Source: an uncultured Thermoleophilia bacterium
Lineage (GTDB): Bacteria > Actinomycetota > Thermoleophilia > UBA2241
Assembly: GCA_963715985.1 (NCBI GenBank)
Contig: CAVQSP010000003.1
Coordinates: 1 to 64,000 of the forward strand
Length of the DNA stretch: 64,000 nt
Direction of reading: 5' to 3'
A program made the position numbers and the translations under genes. The notes below the pieces were generated by a model. That model ran no database searches. It was given only the letters and a program-made list of their open reading frames with translations, and was not told the DNA's origin. Shown one piece after another: positions 1-11,511 of this stretch. How positions within the stretch are numbered: position 1 is the first letter of the stretch; every line of letters starts with the position of its first letter.

Positions 1-1249
1 AGCCGCGAGGTGATGACGAAGTTCACGGCAACCCCGCGGACATCCTCGGCGTCGGCCTCTGCACCATCCGCTGCTGCAAGGCCTTCCTCAAGGCCGACAG
101 CATGCTGCTCGAGCCCGTCATGAGCTGGATGGACACACGCGCCTACCAGCCCTGGCTGCCGGACGATCCCGAGCTCGCCCGCGCCACCACCTCGTCCGGC
201 TACATGACCCACCGGTTCACCGGGCGGTTCCGCGACAGTGCCGCCAACAACATCATCCTGCAGTGGCCCATCGACACCGACACGTGGCAGTGGGATCCCG
301 CGCTGTTCGAGCAGTTCAACATGCGTCCGGAGCTGCTGGTGGAGTTGCAGATGCCGGGTGACATCGCCGGCTACGTGACCGCAGACGCGGCGGCGGCGAC
401 CGGCATCCCGGAGGGCCTGCCGGTCGTGACCACCGCCAACGACAAGGCGGTCGAGGCGCTCGGCTCCGGATCACTCGACGAGCGCACGGCCCTTATCTCG
501 CTGGGCACCTACATCGCCTCCATGGTGCACGGCCACGAGAACCGCCAGGAGGCTGTGGACTTCTGGACGAACTTCGCCTGCATCCCCGGCCGCTACCTCT
601 ACGAGAGCGGCGGGGTGCGCCGCGGCATGTGGACGCTCAAGTGGTTCCTCGACCTGCTGGGGCGGAGTTCGCGGCGGCGGCGGCGAGCCAGGGCATCTCC
701 CGCGAGGAGTACCTCGAGCGCGAGGCCGAGCTGGTCCCCGCCGGGAGTTGCGGCCTCATGACGGTCCTGGACTGGCTCGCCCCCACGGACAAGCCGTTCC
801 GCAAGGGCGAGATCATCGGCTTCGACGCGCGTCACACCAGGGCCCACGTCTACCGCTCGATCCTCGAGGCCATCGCCTTGACGATGAAGCAGAACGTCGA
901 CGCCATGTGCGCCGAACTCGGCATCGACCTGCGCGAGATCGTCGTCTTCGGCGGCGGCTCCAACAGCCCCCTCTTCATGAACATCTTCTCTGACGTGTTC
1001 GGCGTGCCCGCGTCGCGCAACGTGGGCAGCAGCGGCGCGAGCCTCGGATCCGCCATCTGCGCAGCCGTGGCCACCGGTGCGTATTCCGACTTCGCGACCG
1101 CGGCCGCCGCCATGAAGCAGGGTCGCGAGTCCTTTGCTCCGAACCTGGAGAACCACGACGTCTACCTGCGCATGAACGAGAAGGTCTACCGCGCCATCCA
1201 CGGCGCTACCGACCCGATCCTCGAGCGCTCGTTCTCGATCTTCCACTGA
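1..1249 (+). CDS. ygcE: FGGY-family carbohydrate kinase, YgcE-like (5'-truncated by window edge; apparent frameshifts near 27 and 661)
   Basis: ORFs 102..761 and 629..1249 join into one FGGY kinase (GLCTIRCC, NDKAVEALG, ISLGTYIA, HTRAHVYRSILEAIA, GGGSNS). It closely resembles my recollection of E. coli YgcE and sits next to a ygcU-like gene. Confidence 0.8.
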
Positions 1250-1286
1250 TCTCGCGCCCACCCACGGAACGCAAAGGAACCCCGGC

Positions 1287-2728
1287 ATGCCACTGAGCAG
1301 AGAAGCCATCGTCGAGGGCCTGCGGCGCATCGCCAGCCCGGAGGACGTGGTCACGGACGAGCAGATCCTCGTGCAGAGCAGCGTGGACAACTTCCGCAAG
1401 CTGCAGAACATCTTCGACGTGCACACCTTGCCGGTGCCGGCCGCCATCGTCATGCCGCGCAGCACGGAGAAGGTCGCGGAGATCCTGCGCTGGGCCGACG
1501 GCAACGGGGTCAACGTCATCCCTCGTACCGGGGGCACCGCCACGGAGGGCGGGCTCGAGAGCGCCGTGCCCGACTCCGTCATCATCGACGGCTCCCACAT
1601 GAACGCGATCGTCGACGTCGACGCCTACAACATGCAGGCCACCGCGCAGTGCGGCGTACCGCTGCAGGTGCTCGAGGACCGCGTGCGCGAGCTCGGGCTC
1701 ACCACCGGCCACTCGCCGCAGTCCAAGCCGGTGGCCCACATGGGTGGCCTCGTGGCCACGCGCAGCATCGGCCAGTTCTCCACGCTGTACGGCGGCATCG
1801 AAGACATGGTGGTCGGCCTCGAGGCCGTGTTCCCCGGCGGCGAGGTCGCGCGCATCAAGAACGTGCCACGTCGCGCCGCCGGCCCGGACATCCGCCACGT
1901 GGTCATCGGCAACGAGGGCGCCCTGTGCTTCATCACCGAGGTGACGGTGAAGCTGTTCCCGTACTTCCCGGAGAACAACAGGTTCCTCGGCTGGACACTC
2001 AAGGACATGGCCACCGGCTTCGCGGTGCTGCGCGAGGTCATGGTGAACGGCTACAAGCCGTCGGTGGCGCGGGTCTACGACCCGGGTGACGCCGGCCTGC
2101 ACTTCTCGCACTTCGCCGCCGAGGACGACTGCGTGCTGCTGTTCATGGCCGAGGGCGCGGCCGGCATCGCCAAGGCCACGGCCGACGGCATCCAGGCGAT
2201 CGTCGACGCCCACCCCGAGTGCACGCAAGTGGACAGCCGCTACATCGAGACCTGTTCAACGACCTCTGCTGGGGCCCCGACAAGATCACCGCCGAGGACG
2301 AGCGCATCCGCCAGACGCGCAACGTGAACCGCACCACCGAGATCTCCGCCGACTGGAGCTCCATCAACGACATCTACCAGGCCGCGCGGGCGCGTATCCT
2401 CACCGAGATCCCCGACATCACGATGATGGGCGGGCACTCCTCGCACAGCTACATCAACGGCACCAACATGTACTTCAACTACTTCTTCAACGTGGTGGGC
2501 GTCGGGCCGGAGGAGGAGACGAGCAAGTACTACCTCCCGATCATCAGCATCATCTGCGAGGAGACGCTCAAGCGCGGCGGGTCCATCGTCCACCATCACG
2601 GGATGGGCAAGGCGCGGGCGCCGTGGGTCAAGGAAGAGTACGGTTCGTCGTACTACATCCTCGAGACGCTCAAGCCATCCTTCGACCCCAAGGGCACGAT
2701 GAACAAGGGGACGATCTTCCCGCTGTGA
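1287..2728 (+). CDS. ygcU: FAD-binding oxidoreductase, YgcU-like (FAD-linked oxidase/alkyl-DHAP synthase-like fold); frameshift near 2254
   Basis: PRTGGTATEGG, GHSPQSKP, ATRSIGQFSTLYG and KNVPRRAAGPDIRH in the first ORF. The C-terminal GGHSSHSY and VHHHGMGK lie in ORF 2219..2728. One missing G (acc tgg ttc) joins them. Confidence 0.85.
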
Positions 2729-2735
2729 CCTCCCC

Positions 2736-3563
2736 ATGAGGATCCTCGTCTGCTTCAGGACGACGCCGGACTACGAGGCGCTCAGGGCCACCGACTGGGC
2801 GGCGCTCGCGGCGGGCGGGGTGGCGGACGAGGCCACGAAGTACGTCCGCCGCGTCCTCAACTGCTTCGACGAGAGCGCGCTGGAGCTGGCCCTGCGGCTG
2901 GCGGAGGCGCGCGGCGCGCTGGGCGCGGCCACGGAGCTGGCCGCGCTCACCGTCGCCGGGCGCGAGGCCGACGCTCACCTCAAGACGCTGCGCGCCCTGG
3001 GCTTCGCAAGGGCGGCGCGGGTGGAACCGCACGCCGCCCTGGACTTCGCCCCGGCGGCCACGGCGGCGCTCATCGCCGGCTTCGCCCGCCTGGACGGCAG
3101 CGACGTGCTGCTGCTCGGCAGCCGCAGCGGTCCCGGCGACGGCGGCACCGTACCCTTCCGCGTCGCCGATGCGCTCGGCCGCCCGTGCCTCACGCAGCTC
3201 ACGGAGCTGGAGCCGTGGGGTGAGGACGGCGTGCGCGTGAGCTGCGCCGCCGACGACGCCCTCCTGCGCATCACGCTGCGCCCGCCGTGCGTGCTGGCCG
3301 TGGGCAACGCGCTGGTCTCGAACCTGCGCGTGCCGACGCTCACGGACCGGCTGGCCGTCAAGGACGAGCCGGTCACCGTGCTCTCGCCCGCCGACGTGGG
3401 TGTGGACCTGGCCGCGCAGCTCCGCGCGGAGACGTCCGCCCTCGCGAGTCTCGAGGAGATCGACCGGCGCCGTGCCGGCCTCCGCGTCGCCGGCGCCACC
3501 CCGACCGAACAGGCGAACGCCCTCTACGAGGCTCACCTGCGCGGCGTCCTGGAGGCCCAGTGA
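2736..3563 (+). CDS. etfB: Electron transfer flavoprotein beta subunit (FixA/YgcR-like)
   Basis: MRILVC start, NCFDESALELALRL and LLGSRSGPGDGGTVP motifs; its stop overlaps the etfA start (GTGA). Confidence 0.8.
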   Translation: MRILVCFRTTPDYEALRATDWAALAAGGVADEATKYVRRVLNCFDESALELALRLAEARGALGAATELAALTVAGREADAHLKTLRALGFARAARVEPHAALDFAPAATAALIAGFARLDGSDVLLLGSRSGPGDGGTVPFRVADALGRPCLTQLTELEPWGEDGVRVSCAADDALLRITLRPPCVLAVGNALVSNLRVPTLTDRLAVKDEPVTVLSPADVGVDLAAQLRAETSALASLEEIDRRRAGLRVAGATPTEQANALYEAHLRGVLEAQ

Positions 3564-4668
3564 GGATCGTCGCCGTCCTCGACGCCACGACCCGGCGGCG
3601 GCGCGGCAGGCGCGCGCCCTCGGCGCCTTCCTGCGCGAAGGGCTGCGCGGCAGCGCCGCCGGACGCGCGGCGGCCGAGACCGTCGTCTTCTGCCGCGGCG
3701 ACGACGACCGGCTACGGCTTGCGGCGCTCGCGCCCACCCGCGATGTGCGCGTGGTCGCCGTGGAGCCGCGACGGCCCGACCGGCTCGTTGCGCACCTCGC
3801 GGAGATCGCGCGCAGGGACCCGGAGTCGCTGTTCCTGTTCGCCGGCGGCACGGCGGGCACCGAGCTCGCCACGCGCCTCGCCTGCGCGGCCGGTGGCTCA
3901 GCCCTGACGGACGCGCTCGTCCTCGACGTCGAGCCGGGGCGCGTGAGCGGACGCCGGAGCGTGTACTCCGGTCACCTGACCGGCCGGTTCGATCTCACGG
4001 CGCGGCCCTGGTGCGTGAGCATCGAGGCGGGCTGGGCGGACGCACCCGCAGGCGCCGCGGGCACCGACCCCCCCGGAGCCGCCCCCGAACGCGTGATCTT
4101 GTCCGAGGAGGTCGCGGCCGACGCCGCGTCGCCGCCGTTCGACGAGGTCGAGGTGCTGGAGCAGCCGGCCGCCGGCGACCTCGAAGCCGCCACCTTCCTC
4201 GTCGTGGCCGGCGCAGGGGCCGGAAGCCGCGACGGCGTACAGCGCATCGCGGCGGCGGCGGCCAGGATGGGCGCCGCCTTCGGCGTCACCCGGCCGGTGG
4301 CGATGAACGCCTGGGCGCCGATGGACCGCCTCATCGGCGTGTCCGGCGCGCGTACGGCGCCGGCGCTCTGCATCGTCGCCGGCGCCTACGGGGCGCCCGC
4401 CTTCTACTGGGGCATCGAGCGCGCCGGGTACATCGTCGCGATCAACACCGACGACCACGCGCCCATCGTCGGCGAGGCGGACGCGACCGTCGTCGGCGAC
4501 GCCGTCGCCGTGGTCGAGGCGCTCGCCGCCCGCGTGAAGGGGCCGGACGGCCGCGTAAGGCGTCGGCCGGCCCCCTCTGACGACGAGAACGGACAATCCG
4601 GACTGTTTGGGGCCGCTTCTACGGAAGATTATTCGTCTTCCAGCTTGACTCAGCGAACATCTGGCTGA
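3560..4668 (+). CDS. etfA: Electron transfer flavoprotein alpha subunit (FixB/YgcQ-like); frameshift near 3590, true 3' end may be earlier
   Basis: GTG at 3560 (MRIVAVLD) continues in the frame of ORF 3400..4668, with FAD-binding motifs VVAGAGAG, FGVTRPVA, IGVSG and IVAINTD. Confidence 0.75.
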
Positions 4669-4709
4669 AATACTCCCCCTTGAAAGACACTCGTTGCGAG
4701 GGGGATGGT

Positions 4710-5175
4710 GTGGACGCTCTGGACCGGGAAGTCCTGCTGGCTTTGCAGGCCGACGGCCGCATGTCCAACCTCGCTCTCGCACGCTCTCTCGACCTCTCGC
4801 CGTCGGCCATGCTCGGCCGCGTGCGCCGCCTCGAAGCCGGCGGCGCCATCCGCGGCTATCGCGCCGTCATCGACCCGGCTGCCCTCGGCATCACCGTGCG
4901 GGCGCTCGTGGTGGCGCGCCTGCGCGAGCACAGCGAGCACTCCATCCAGGCGTTCGAAGACGGCATCCGCACGGTGCCCGGCGTGCGCGCCTGCTACCAC
5001 GTCACCGGGCAGTTCGACATGGTGGTCGAGCTGGCGCTGCGCGACCTCGACCACCTCGGCCAGCTCATCCGCGTGGACATCGCCCGCATCCCCGGCGTCA
5101 TGAACCTCGAGACGATGCTGATCATGGCCGAACCCGTCGAAGACCAAGGCTGGCCCAACGTCACTCGAAGGGTAG
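4710..5175 (+). CDS. Lrp/AsnC-family transcriptional regulator (3' end inferred assuming a 1-nt indel near 5155)
   Basis: LDREVLLALQADGRMSNLALARSLDLSPSAMLGRVRRLE HTH and a CYHVTGQFD RAM domain. The ORF as read runs on into panB; a TAG at 5173-5175 fits the normal length. Confidence 0.8.
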
Positions 5176-5226
5176 TCCGCGGCGCTCGCGCCGCGGCGAT
5201 CCGCACCGCACAGGAGGTCCACCCCC

Positions 5227-6080
5227 ATGCCCGCGAAGAAAGGTCTCTTCGACCTGCACGAGATGAAGCGCGCCGGCGAGCAGATCGCCTGGCTCACCGC
5301 CTACGACTACCCGACGGCGCAGTTCGAGGAGGCGGCCGGCGTCGACATGATCCTCGTCGGCGACTCGCTGGGCATGTGCGTCTACGGCTACCCCGGCACC
5401 GTGCCGGTGACGATGGAGCAGTGCATCGTCCACTCCGAGGCCGTGCGCCGCGGCGCCCCTGACACCTTCATCCTCGGCGACATGCCGCTGGGCAGCTACC
5501 AGGCCTCGGACGAGGACGCCGTGGGCAACGCCATCCGCTTCCTCAAAGAGGCCAACGTCGACGCCGTCAAGCTCGAGGGCGGCGTGCGCACGCTCTCCCG
5601 CGTGAAGGCGATCCTCGAGGCCGGCGTCGCCGTCTGCGGCCACATCGGGCTCACGCCGCAGTCCTCGGGCCAGCTCGGCGGGCACAAGGCGCAGGGGCGC
5701 ACGCTCGAGTCCGCCAAGCTCGTCGTCGAGGACGCCCGTGCCCTCTACGAGGCCGGCGTGCAGCTCCTCCTCGTCGAGGCCGTGCCCCCCGAGGTCGCCG
5801 CCTTCATCGCCCGCGAGCTGCCCATCCCCGTGCTCGGCATCGGGGCGGGGGCCAGGTCGACGGGCAGCTGCTCATCGTCAGCGACGTGCTCGGCACCTTC
5901 GCCGCCTTCACGCCCAAGTTCGTCAAGCAGTACGCCGACCTCGCCGCCGTCTCCACGGCGGCGCTGACCGAGTACGTCTCCGACGTGCGCGGCAACGCCT
6001 TCCCCGAGGAGCAGCACTGCTACCGCATGCTCGAGGGCGAGGCGGCGAAGTTCGGGGAGTGGGCCGCGGCCGGCGACTGA
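5227..6080 (+). CDS. panB: 3-methyl-2-oxobutanoate hydroxymethyltransferase (PanB family); frameshift near 5850
   Basis: LTAYDY, ILVGDSLGM, DMP, VKLEGG, CGHIGLTPQ and IGAG; DGQLLIVSDVLG..PKFVKQY continues in the frame of ORF 5886..6080. Confidence 0.9.
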
Positions 6081-6116
6081 GCCGCGACCATCCGACTCCA
6101 GGCGACAGGCTGACTC

Positions 6117-7380
6117 ATGCTGCACGAACTCGATCACCTCACCGCGCCGGGCAGCGTCCACGCCGGCTTCACGCCCGCGGAGCGCGTGGCGCGGCTCGGC
6201 ACCGAGACGGTCTTCGCCGTCTCGGCCGAGGCCGCCGCGCTCGCCGCGACGGGCAAGACCATCTACCCGTTCCACCTCGGGGACCTGAACATCCCGACGG
6301 CGGAGCCGATCGTGGAGGCCATGATCAGGGCCGTCCGCGACGGCAAGACGACGTACTGCGCCAACGCCGGCATCATGCCGTTGCGTGAGGCGCTCGCGGC
6401 CGATGTCGGCGCCGCCCGTGGCGTGACGTACACCGCCGACGACGTGTCCGTGCAGCCGGGCGGCAAGCCGGTCATCGGCAAGTTCCTCATGGCCGCCATG
6501 AACATGGGCGACGAAGTGCTGTACCCCAACCCCGGCTTCCCGATCTACGCCTCGTTCATCGAGTTCGTGGGCGGGGTCGCCGTGCCCTATGGGTACGTGG
6601 ACGCCGGCGACCGCTACACCATCGACATCGACGCCATCGAGCGGCGCATCACCCCGCGCACACGCCTGCTCATCCTCAACGACCTGCACAACCCCACGGC
6701 GGCCGAGTGCACGCCCGAGGAGCTGGATCGCATCGCCGCGATCGCCCTCGAGCACGACCTCGTCGTGCTCAGCGACGAGGCATACTTCGACGTGCGCTTC
6801 GAGGGCGCCAGCGAGTCGATCGTCTCGCGCCCGGGCATGCAGGAGCGCACCGTCATCCTCTACACGTTCAGCAAGAAGTACGCGATGACCGGCTGGCGCC
6901 TGGGCGCGGCCATCGGGCCCGCGGCCCATCATCGACATCGTCACGCGCCTCAACGTCAACGTGGAGTCGTGCCCCAACCACTTCGCCCAGTACGGCGCCC
7001 TGGCGGCGCTCACCGGCGACCAGGCGGGCCCTCGCGAGATGATGGCCCGCCTCAAGGGGAGGCGCGACGCGGCGCTCCGCCTCCTCAACGCCACGCCGGG
7101 CGTCAGCTGCCACACGCCCGGGTCCACGTTCTACCTCTACCCGGACGTCACCGGCGCCGTCCGCCTGACCGGCTGCGCCGGCCACGAGGACTTCCGCCGC
7201 CTTCTCCTCGAGCAGACCGGCGTCTCGTTCTGCACCCGGCAGCACTTCGGGAAGGCAGTCCCGGGCGAGACCGGATACCATCTCCGTCTCGCCTACTCCG
7301 GCGTCACCACCGCACAGATCGAGGAGGGCCTCGGCGCGTTCAAGGCCTTCATCGAGTCGACAGAGCCCGCAGAGTCCTAG
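6117..7380 (+). CDS. PLP-dependent aminotransferase class I/II (aspartate aminotransferase-like); frameshift near 6925
   Basis: PNPGFPIY, NDLHNPT, SDEAY and FSKKYAMTGWRLG (PLP Lys); C-terminal half in ORF 6961..7380 (GSTFYLYP, LRLAY); TAG stop. Confidence 0.85.
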
Positions 7381-7401
7381 ACCCCCCAAGGAGACACCAC
7401 G

Positions 7402-8857
7402 ATGACCGACAAGCCTGCCGCCGCGCTCGAGAGCCGCCTGAGGATGCTCTCGGACGAGAAGTGCCAGATGATCTACGACGCCGCGCTCACGATCATCGCC
7501 GACATCGGCATGACCGTGCCGCACGCCGAGGCGCGCGACATCCTCGTCAAGGGCGCCGGCGCCAGCGTCGAGGGCGAGGACCTGGTGAAGATCCCGCGCG
7601 ATGCCGTGGCCGCCGCGCGCGACTCCGTGCCGGCCATGATCCACGTCTACGACCGTAACGGCGAGCTCGCCATGCAGCTCGGCGGCTACAACTCGTACTT
7701 CGGCACGGGCTCGGACCTCATGAGCATCTACGACTTCGAGACCGCGCGAGCGCCGCCCGAGCGTGCTCGCCGACACGGCGCGCATGGCGCACCTGTGCGA
7801 CGGCCTCCCCAACATCGACTTCATCATGTCGGCCGCCCACCCGCACGACATCCAGGCGTACGCCTCCTACCTCGAGTGCTACCGCGCCATGGTGAGCAAC
7901 ACCACCAAGCCCATGGTGATGACTGCCGCGTCCAGGGACGACATCGAGGTCATGTGGAAGATCGCCTGCGCGTTCCGCGGCGGCGCCGAGGAGCTGCGCG
8001 CCAAGCCGTACTTCATCCACTACGGCGAGCCGGTGAGCCCGCTGCAGCACGCGCCCGAGGTGCTCGACAAGCTGCTCTTCTGCGCCGACTGGGGCATCCC
8101 GCTCATCTACTCGCCGGCGCCGATCGCCGGCGCCACCGCGCCCATCACCCACGCCGGCCACATCGTGCAGGCCGTGGCCGAGTCGCTGTTCGGCGTCGTC
8201 ATCCACCAGCTGCGCCGCCCCGGCTCGCCGCTGCTCACCGGCATGGGCCCGGTCAAGCTCGACATGAACACCGTGCAGGCGCTCTACAACTCGGCCGAGT
8301 ACTACACCACGTACCTCGGCATCACCGAGATGGCCAAGTGGATGGACATCCCCAACTGGGGCTACGCCGGCACCAGCGACTCGCAGTGCGTGGACGCCAA
8401 CGCCGGCATCGACATCACCGAGCTCACGCTGCTCTCCATGCAGGCCGGCTCCAACCTCAACCACGACATCGGCTACCTGGACTTCGGCCTCACCGGCGCC
8501 GGCGAGCTCGTGGTGCTCACGGACGAGGTCATCTCCATGAACCGCCGCGCCCTCGAGGGCATCGAGGTCAGCGAGGAGACGCTGGCGCTGGACACCATCG
8601 CGGCGGTAGGCCGGGGCGGCGACTTCCTGGGCCAGAAGCACACCAAGCGGCACGTGCGGGACCTGCAGTGGCGGCCCACGATCCTCAACCGCGCCACGCA
8701 GAAGAACTGGGAGGCCGAGGGCTCGCTCGACGCCACCGAGAAGGCGCACCGCAAGCTCGTGGACATCATGACGAACCACACGCCCGAGCCGCTCAGCGCC
8801 GAGATGAAGCAGACCATGGACGAACTCGTCGACGCCTACGTGGCGGCCGGCGCGTGA
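7402..8857 (+). CDS. MttB-superfamily corrinoid methyltransferase, non-pyrrolysine; frameshift near 7745
   Basis: IYDAALTIIADIG, EPVSPL, GATAPIT, GYAGTSDSQCVDANAG (Thr at the Pyl-equivalent site), HDIGYL and ETLALDTI; followed by a corrinoid protein gene. Confidence 0.85.
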
Positions 8858-8874
8858 CCCGAGGAGGACCCCCC

Positions 8875-9526
8875 ATGTCCCAGCAGCTCTACGAGCAGAT
8901 GAAGCAGAGCGTCATCGACGGCGAGGTCGAGGACGCCGAACGCCTCGCCCAGGAGGGCCTCGACGCCGGCCTGCCCGCCGGCGACATCCTCGACGCCGGT
9001 TTCGTGAAGGGCATCGAGGAGGTCGGCGAGCTCTTCGGGCGCGGCGAGTTCTTCCTCCCCGAGCTGGTGCAGGGGGCGGAGGCGATGAAGGCCGCGGTGC
9101 GCGTCCTGCAGCCCGCCCTCGACGCCTCCGGCGGCGGCAGGCAGGCGCTCGGCGTGGCCGTCGCCGGGACCGTGGCCGGCGACATCCACGAGATCGGCAA
9201 GACGATCGTCTGTTCAGATGCTCTCGGCCGCCGGCTTCACCGTCACCGACGTGGGCTGCGACGTGCCCGTCGAGACCTTCATCGCGACCTGCAAGGAGAC
9301 CAACGCCGACCTCCTCCTGCTCAGCGCCCTGCTGACCACGACGATGCCCAACCAGCAGAAGACGATCCAGGCGCTGAAAGAAGCCGGCCTGCGCGACAAG
9401 GTGAAGGTGATGATCGGCGGCGCCCCCACGACGCGGGCCTGGGCCGACGAGATCGGCGCCGACGGCTACGCCGAGGACGCCATCGAGGCGGTCGTCGCGG
9501 CGAAGGCGCTGCTGGGGGTGGAGTAG
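8875..9526 (+). CDS. Corrinoid (B12-binding) protein, MttC/MtbC-like, copy 1; +1 frameshift near 9217
   Basis: GGAGG RBS, FFLPEL cap domain, GTVAGDIHEIGK (DxHxxG), SALLTTT and IGGAP; TAG stop. Confidence 0.9.
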
Positions 9527-9539
9527 GGGCGCCGGCCCG

Positions 9540-9799
9540 TCAGAGTGGCAGTCTCACGCCGGCGCCCCGTTCCACGGCCCGCTCGTAGAGCACCTTGGCA
9601 GTGACCGCCACGTCGTCCTGCACCCAGGCAGGCATCGCGTGGATGAAGCAGTCGGGCCGCGGGTGGATGCCCGGTTTGGGAGGCATCTCCGTGGCCCGCG
9701 CCCTCGGGCGGCGAACCCGCGGTCCAGGGCCTCGAGCACATCGTGCATGGACATGCCGAGGCCCTCAACGTCCGCCCGGCTCAGGGAGATGAGTTCCAC
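9540..9799 (-). pseudogene. Internally deleted ornithine cyclodeaminase/mu-crystallin paralog
   Basis: The reverse strand reads MELISLSRADVEGLGMSM..[1-nt shift]..TEMPPKPGIHPRPDCFIHAMPAWVQ joined directly to DDVAVTAKVLYERAVERGAGVRLPL*. These match the two termini of the gene at 23801..24778. Confidence 0.8.
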
Positions 9800-9951
9800 T
9801 GCGCGCCCCTCCGGTCGCCGCCGACTTCCGCCCCGGCGACCATAGAGAGCCGTGCCGCGAACGCAGTGTCTGGCTCGGGCCAGTCCCGGTGTGACAGAGT
9901 CTCAAGCCGGCGCCGCCAGTCAGGGTGAGCGCTGGAGCAGGAGGAGGCAGC

Positions 9952-11355
9952 GTGACCGCACCAGTCCGCAGTGCGCTCGACGAAAGCACGTGCCGGCAGA
10001 TCCACGAGGCCGCCCTGAGACTGCTGCGCGAGGTGGGCTGCGACGTCCTGGACGCCGAGGCCCTCGCGCTGCTGGCCGCCCATGGGGCCTCGGTGGACGG
10101 CGTCCGCGCGCGTCTCGGCGAGGATCTGGTCGAGAGCGCCCGGGCCACCGTCCCCGCCGGCTTCACGGTGGCCGGCCGCCGGCCGGAGCTCGACCTGCGC
10201 GTGGCGCTCGACGCGCCGCCGGTGCTGGCCAGCGCCTCCGGCCCGCCGTTCGTGCTGCGCGGCGACGAGTACGTGCCCGGCGCGCTCGACGACCTGCGCA
10301 CCGCCGTCGCCCTCGCCCACCTCTCGCCCAACATCCAGGTGCTGGGCTACTCCGTCGAGCCCAACGACGTGCCCGAGGAGGTCCGCCCCCGCGTGGTGGC
10401 GCACGCCCACGTCACCGGCAGCGACAAGAGCGCGCGCTCCACCGTCACGTCGCTCGCCGAGCTGCAGGTGGCCACCGACGTGCAGGAGATCCTCTGGGGC
10501 GCGGCCTGGCACGAACGGCCACGCATCTTCTCCGTCATCAACACCACGTCACCGCTGCAGTTCTCTGAGGATGGCGCCCAGGTGCTGCTGCGCCTGGCGC
10601 GGCTCGGCCAGCCGGTGCTCGTGGCGGTCTGCGCGATGGGCGGCACCACCGCGCCCATCACGCTCGCCGGGCTGCTGGCCGTGCAGCACGCCGAACTGCT
10701 GGTCGGCCTCGTACTTACGCAGCTCGCCGCCCCCGGCGCTCTCTTCATCTACGGCGGCACGTCGTCGCTCTCGTCGATGCAGACGGGCGCACTCATGATG
10801 GGCGCCCCGGAGTACTGGGCGCTGATGGAGGCCACCGTGCAGCTCGGCCACTGGCTGGGCGTGCCGGTGCGCGCCGGCGGCTCCATCACCGACGCGCACC
10901 TGCCCGACGCCCAGGCCGGCATCGAGTCGGCTCTGGCCATGGAGACGGTGCTGCGCATGGGCGCCCAGTACGTGCTGCACTCCGCCGGCATCCTCTCGTC
11001 GTTCAACTGCTACTCGCCGGTGAAGTTCGTCATCGACGACGAGGTGCTCAGCGCGCTGCGCGTGGCCAAGCAGCCGATCGTCGTGGACGACGACACGCTG
11101 GCATTGGATGTCGTCGCCGCGGCCGGGCCCGGCGGCACGGTGCTGGGCCAGGCGCACACGCGGCGCCACGCCCGCGACGGGCGCCGCCCGTCCATCATGA
11201 ACCGCCTGCCGTATGAGACCTGGCGTGGGCAGGGAGGCGACGACCTGACGACCGTCGCCACGCGGCGCGTCGCGGAGCTGCTGGAGCACTACGAGCCGCC
11301 GGACGACCTCGACCCCGTGGTGCGACGGCAGCTCGACGAGTACTGCCTCGGGTAG
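9952..11355 (+). CDS. MttB-superfamily corrinoid methyltransferase, non-pyrrolysine
   Basis: GGAGGAGG RBS before GTG 9952; IHEAALRLLREVG, NTTSPL, MGGTTAPITLAG and RAGGSITDAHLPDAQAGIES (Ile at the Pyl site); TAG stop. Confidence 0.9.
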   Translation: MTAPVRSALDESTCRQIHEAALRLLREVGCDVLDAEALALLAAHGASVDGVRARLGEDLVESARATVPAGFTVAGRRPELDLRVALDAPPVLASASGPPFVLRGDEYVPGALDDLRTAVALAHLSPNIQVLGYSVEPNDVPEEVRPRVVAHAHVTGSDKSARSTVTSLAELQVATDVQEILWGAAWHERPRIFSVINTTSPLQFSEDGAQVLLRLARLGQPVLVAVCAMGGTTAPITLAGLLAVQHAELLVGLVLTQLAAPGALFIYGGTSSLSSMQTGALMMGAPEYWALMEATVQLGHWLGVPVRAGGSITDAHLPDAQAGIESALAMETVLRMGAQYVLHSAGILSSFNCYSPVKFVIDDEVLSALRVAKQPIVVDDDTLALDVVAAAGPGGTVLGQAHTRRHARDGRRPSIMNRLPYETWRGQGGDDLTTVATRRVAELLEHYEPPDDLDPVVRRQLDEYCLG

Positions 11356-11416
11356 CCGTGGCAGGGCCGACCGGCGGGGACTGCCATCGGGCTTCGTGGC
11401 GCCGCACAACGAAGAC

Positions 11417-11446
11417 TTGATATGCACTAGATATATCAATTACGCT
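11417..11446 (+). promoter_or_regulatory. AT-rich inverted repeat TTGATAT-N9-ATATCAA overlapping a candidate promoter; likely GntR operator
   Basis: Perfect 7-bp arms at 11417-11423 and 11433-11439; TTGATA and TACGCT (11441-11446) could be -35/-10; directly upstream of a GntR gene. Confidence 0.5.
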
Positions 11447-11511
11447 CCGGAATGCACTGGTCAACCGCGTCACTCCACGTGCGACGCGGCCCCGCGACAC
11501 GGAGCCTTGAC

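Noticed and set aside
7402-9588. MttB-corrinoid fusion suggested by the 728-aa ORF
   Set aside because: Artefact of two frameshifts; mttB stops at 8857 and the corrinoid gene has its own RBS and start.
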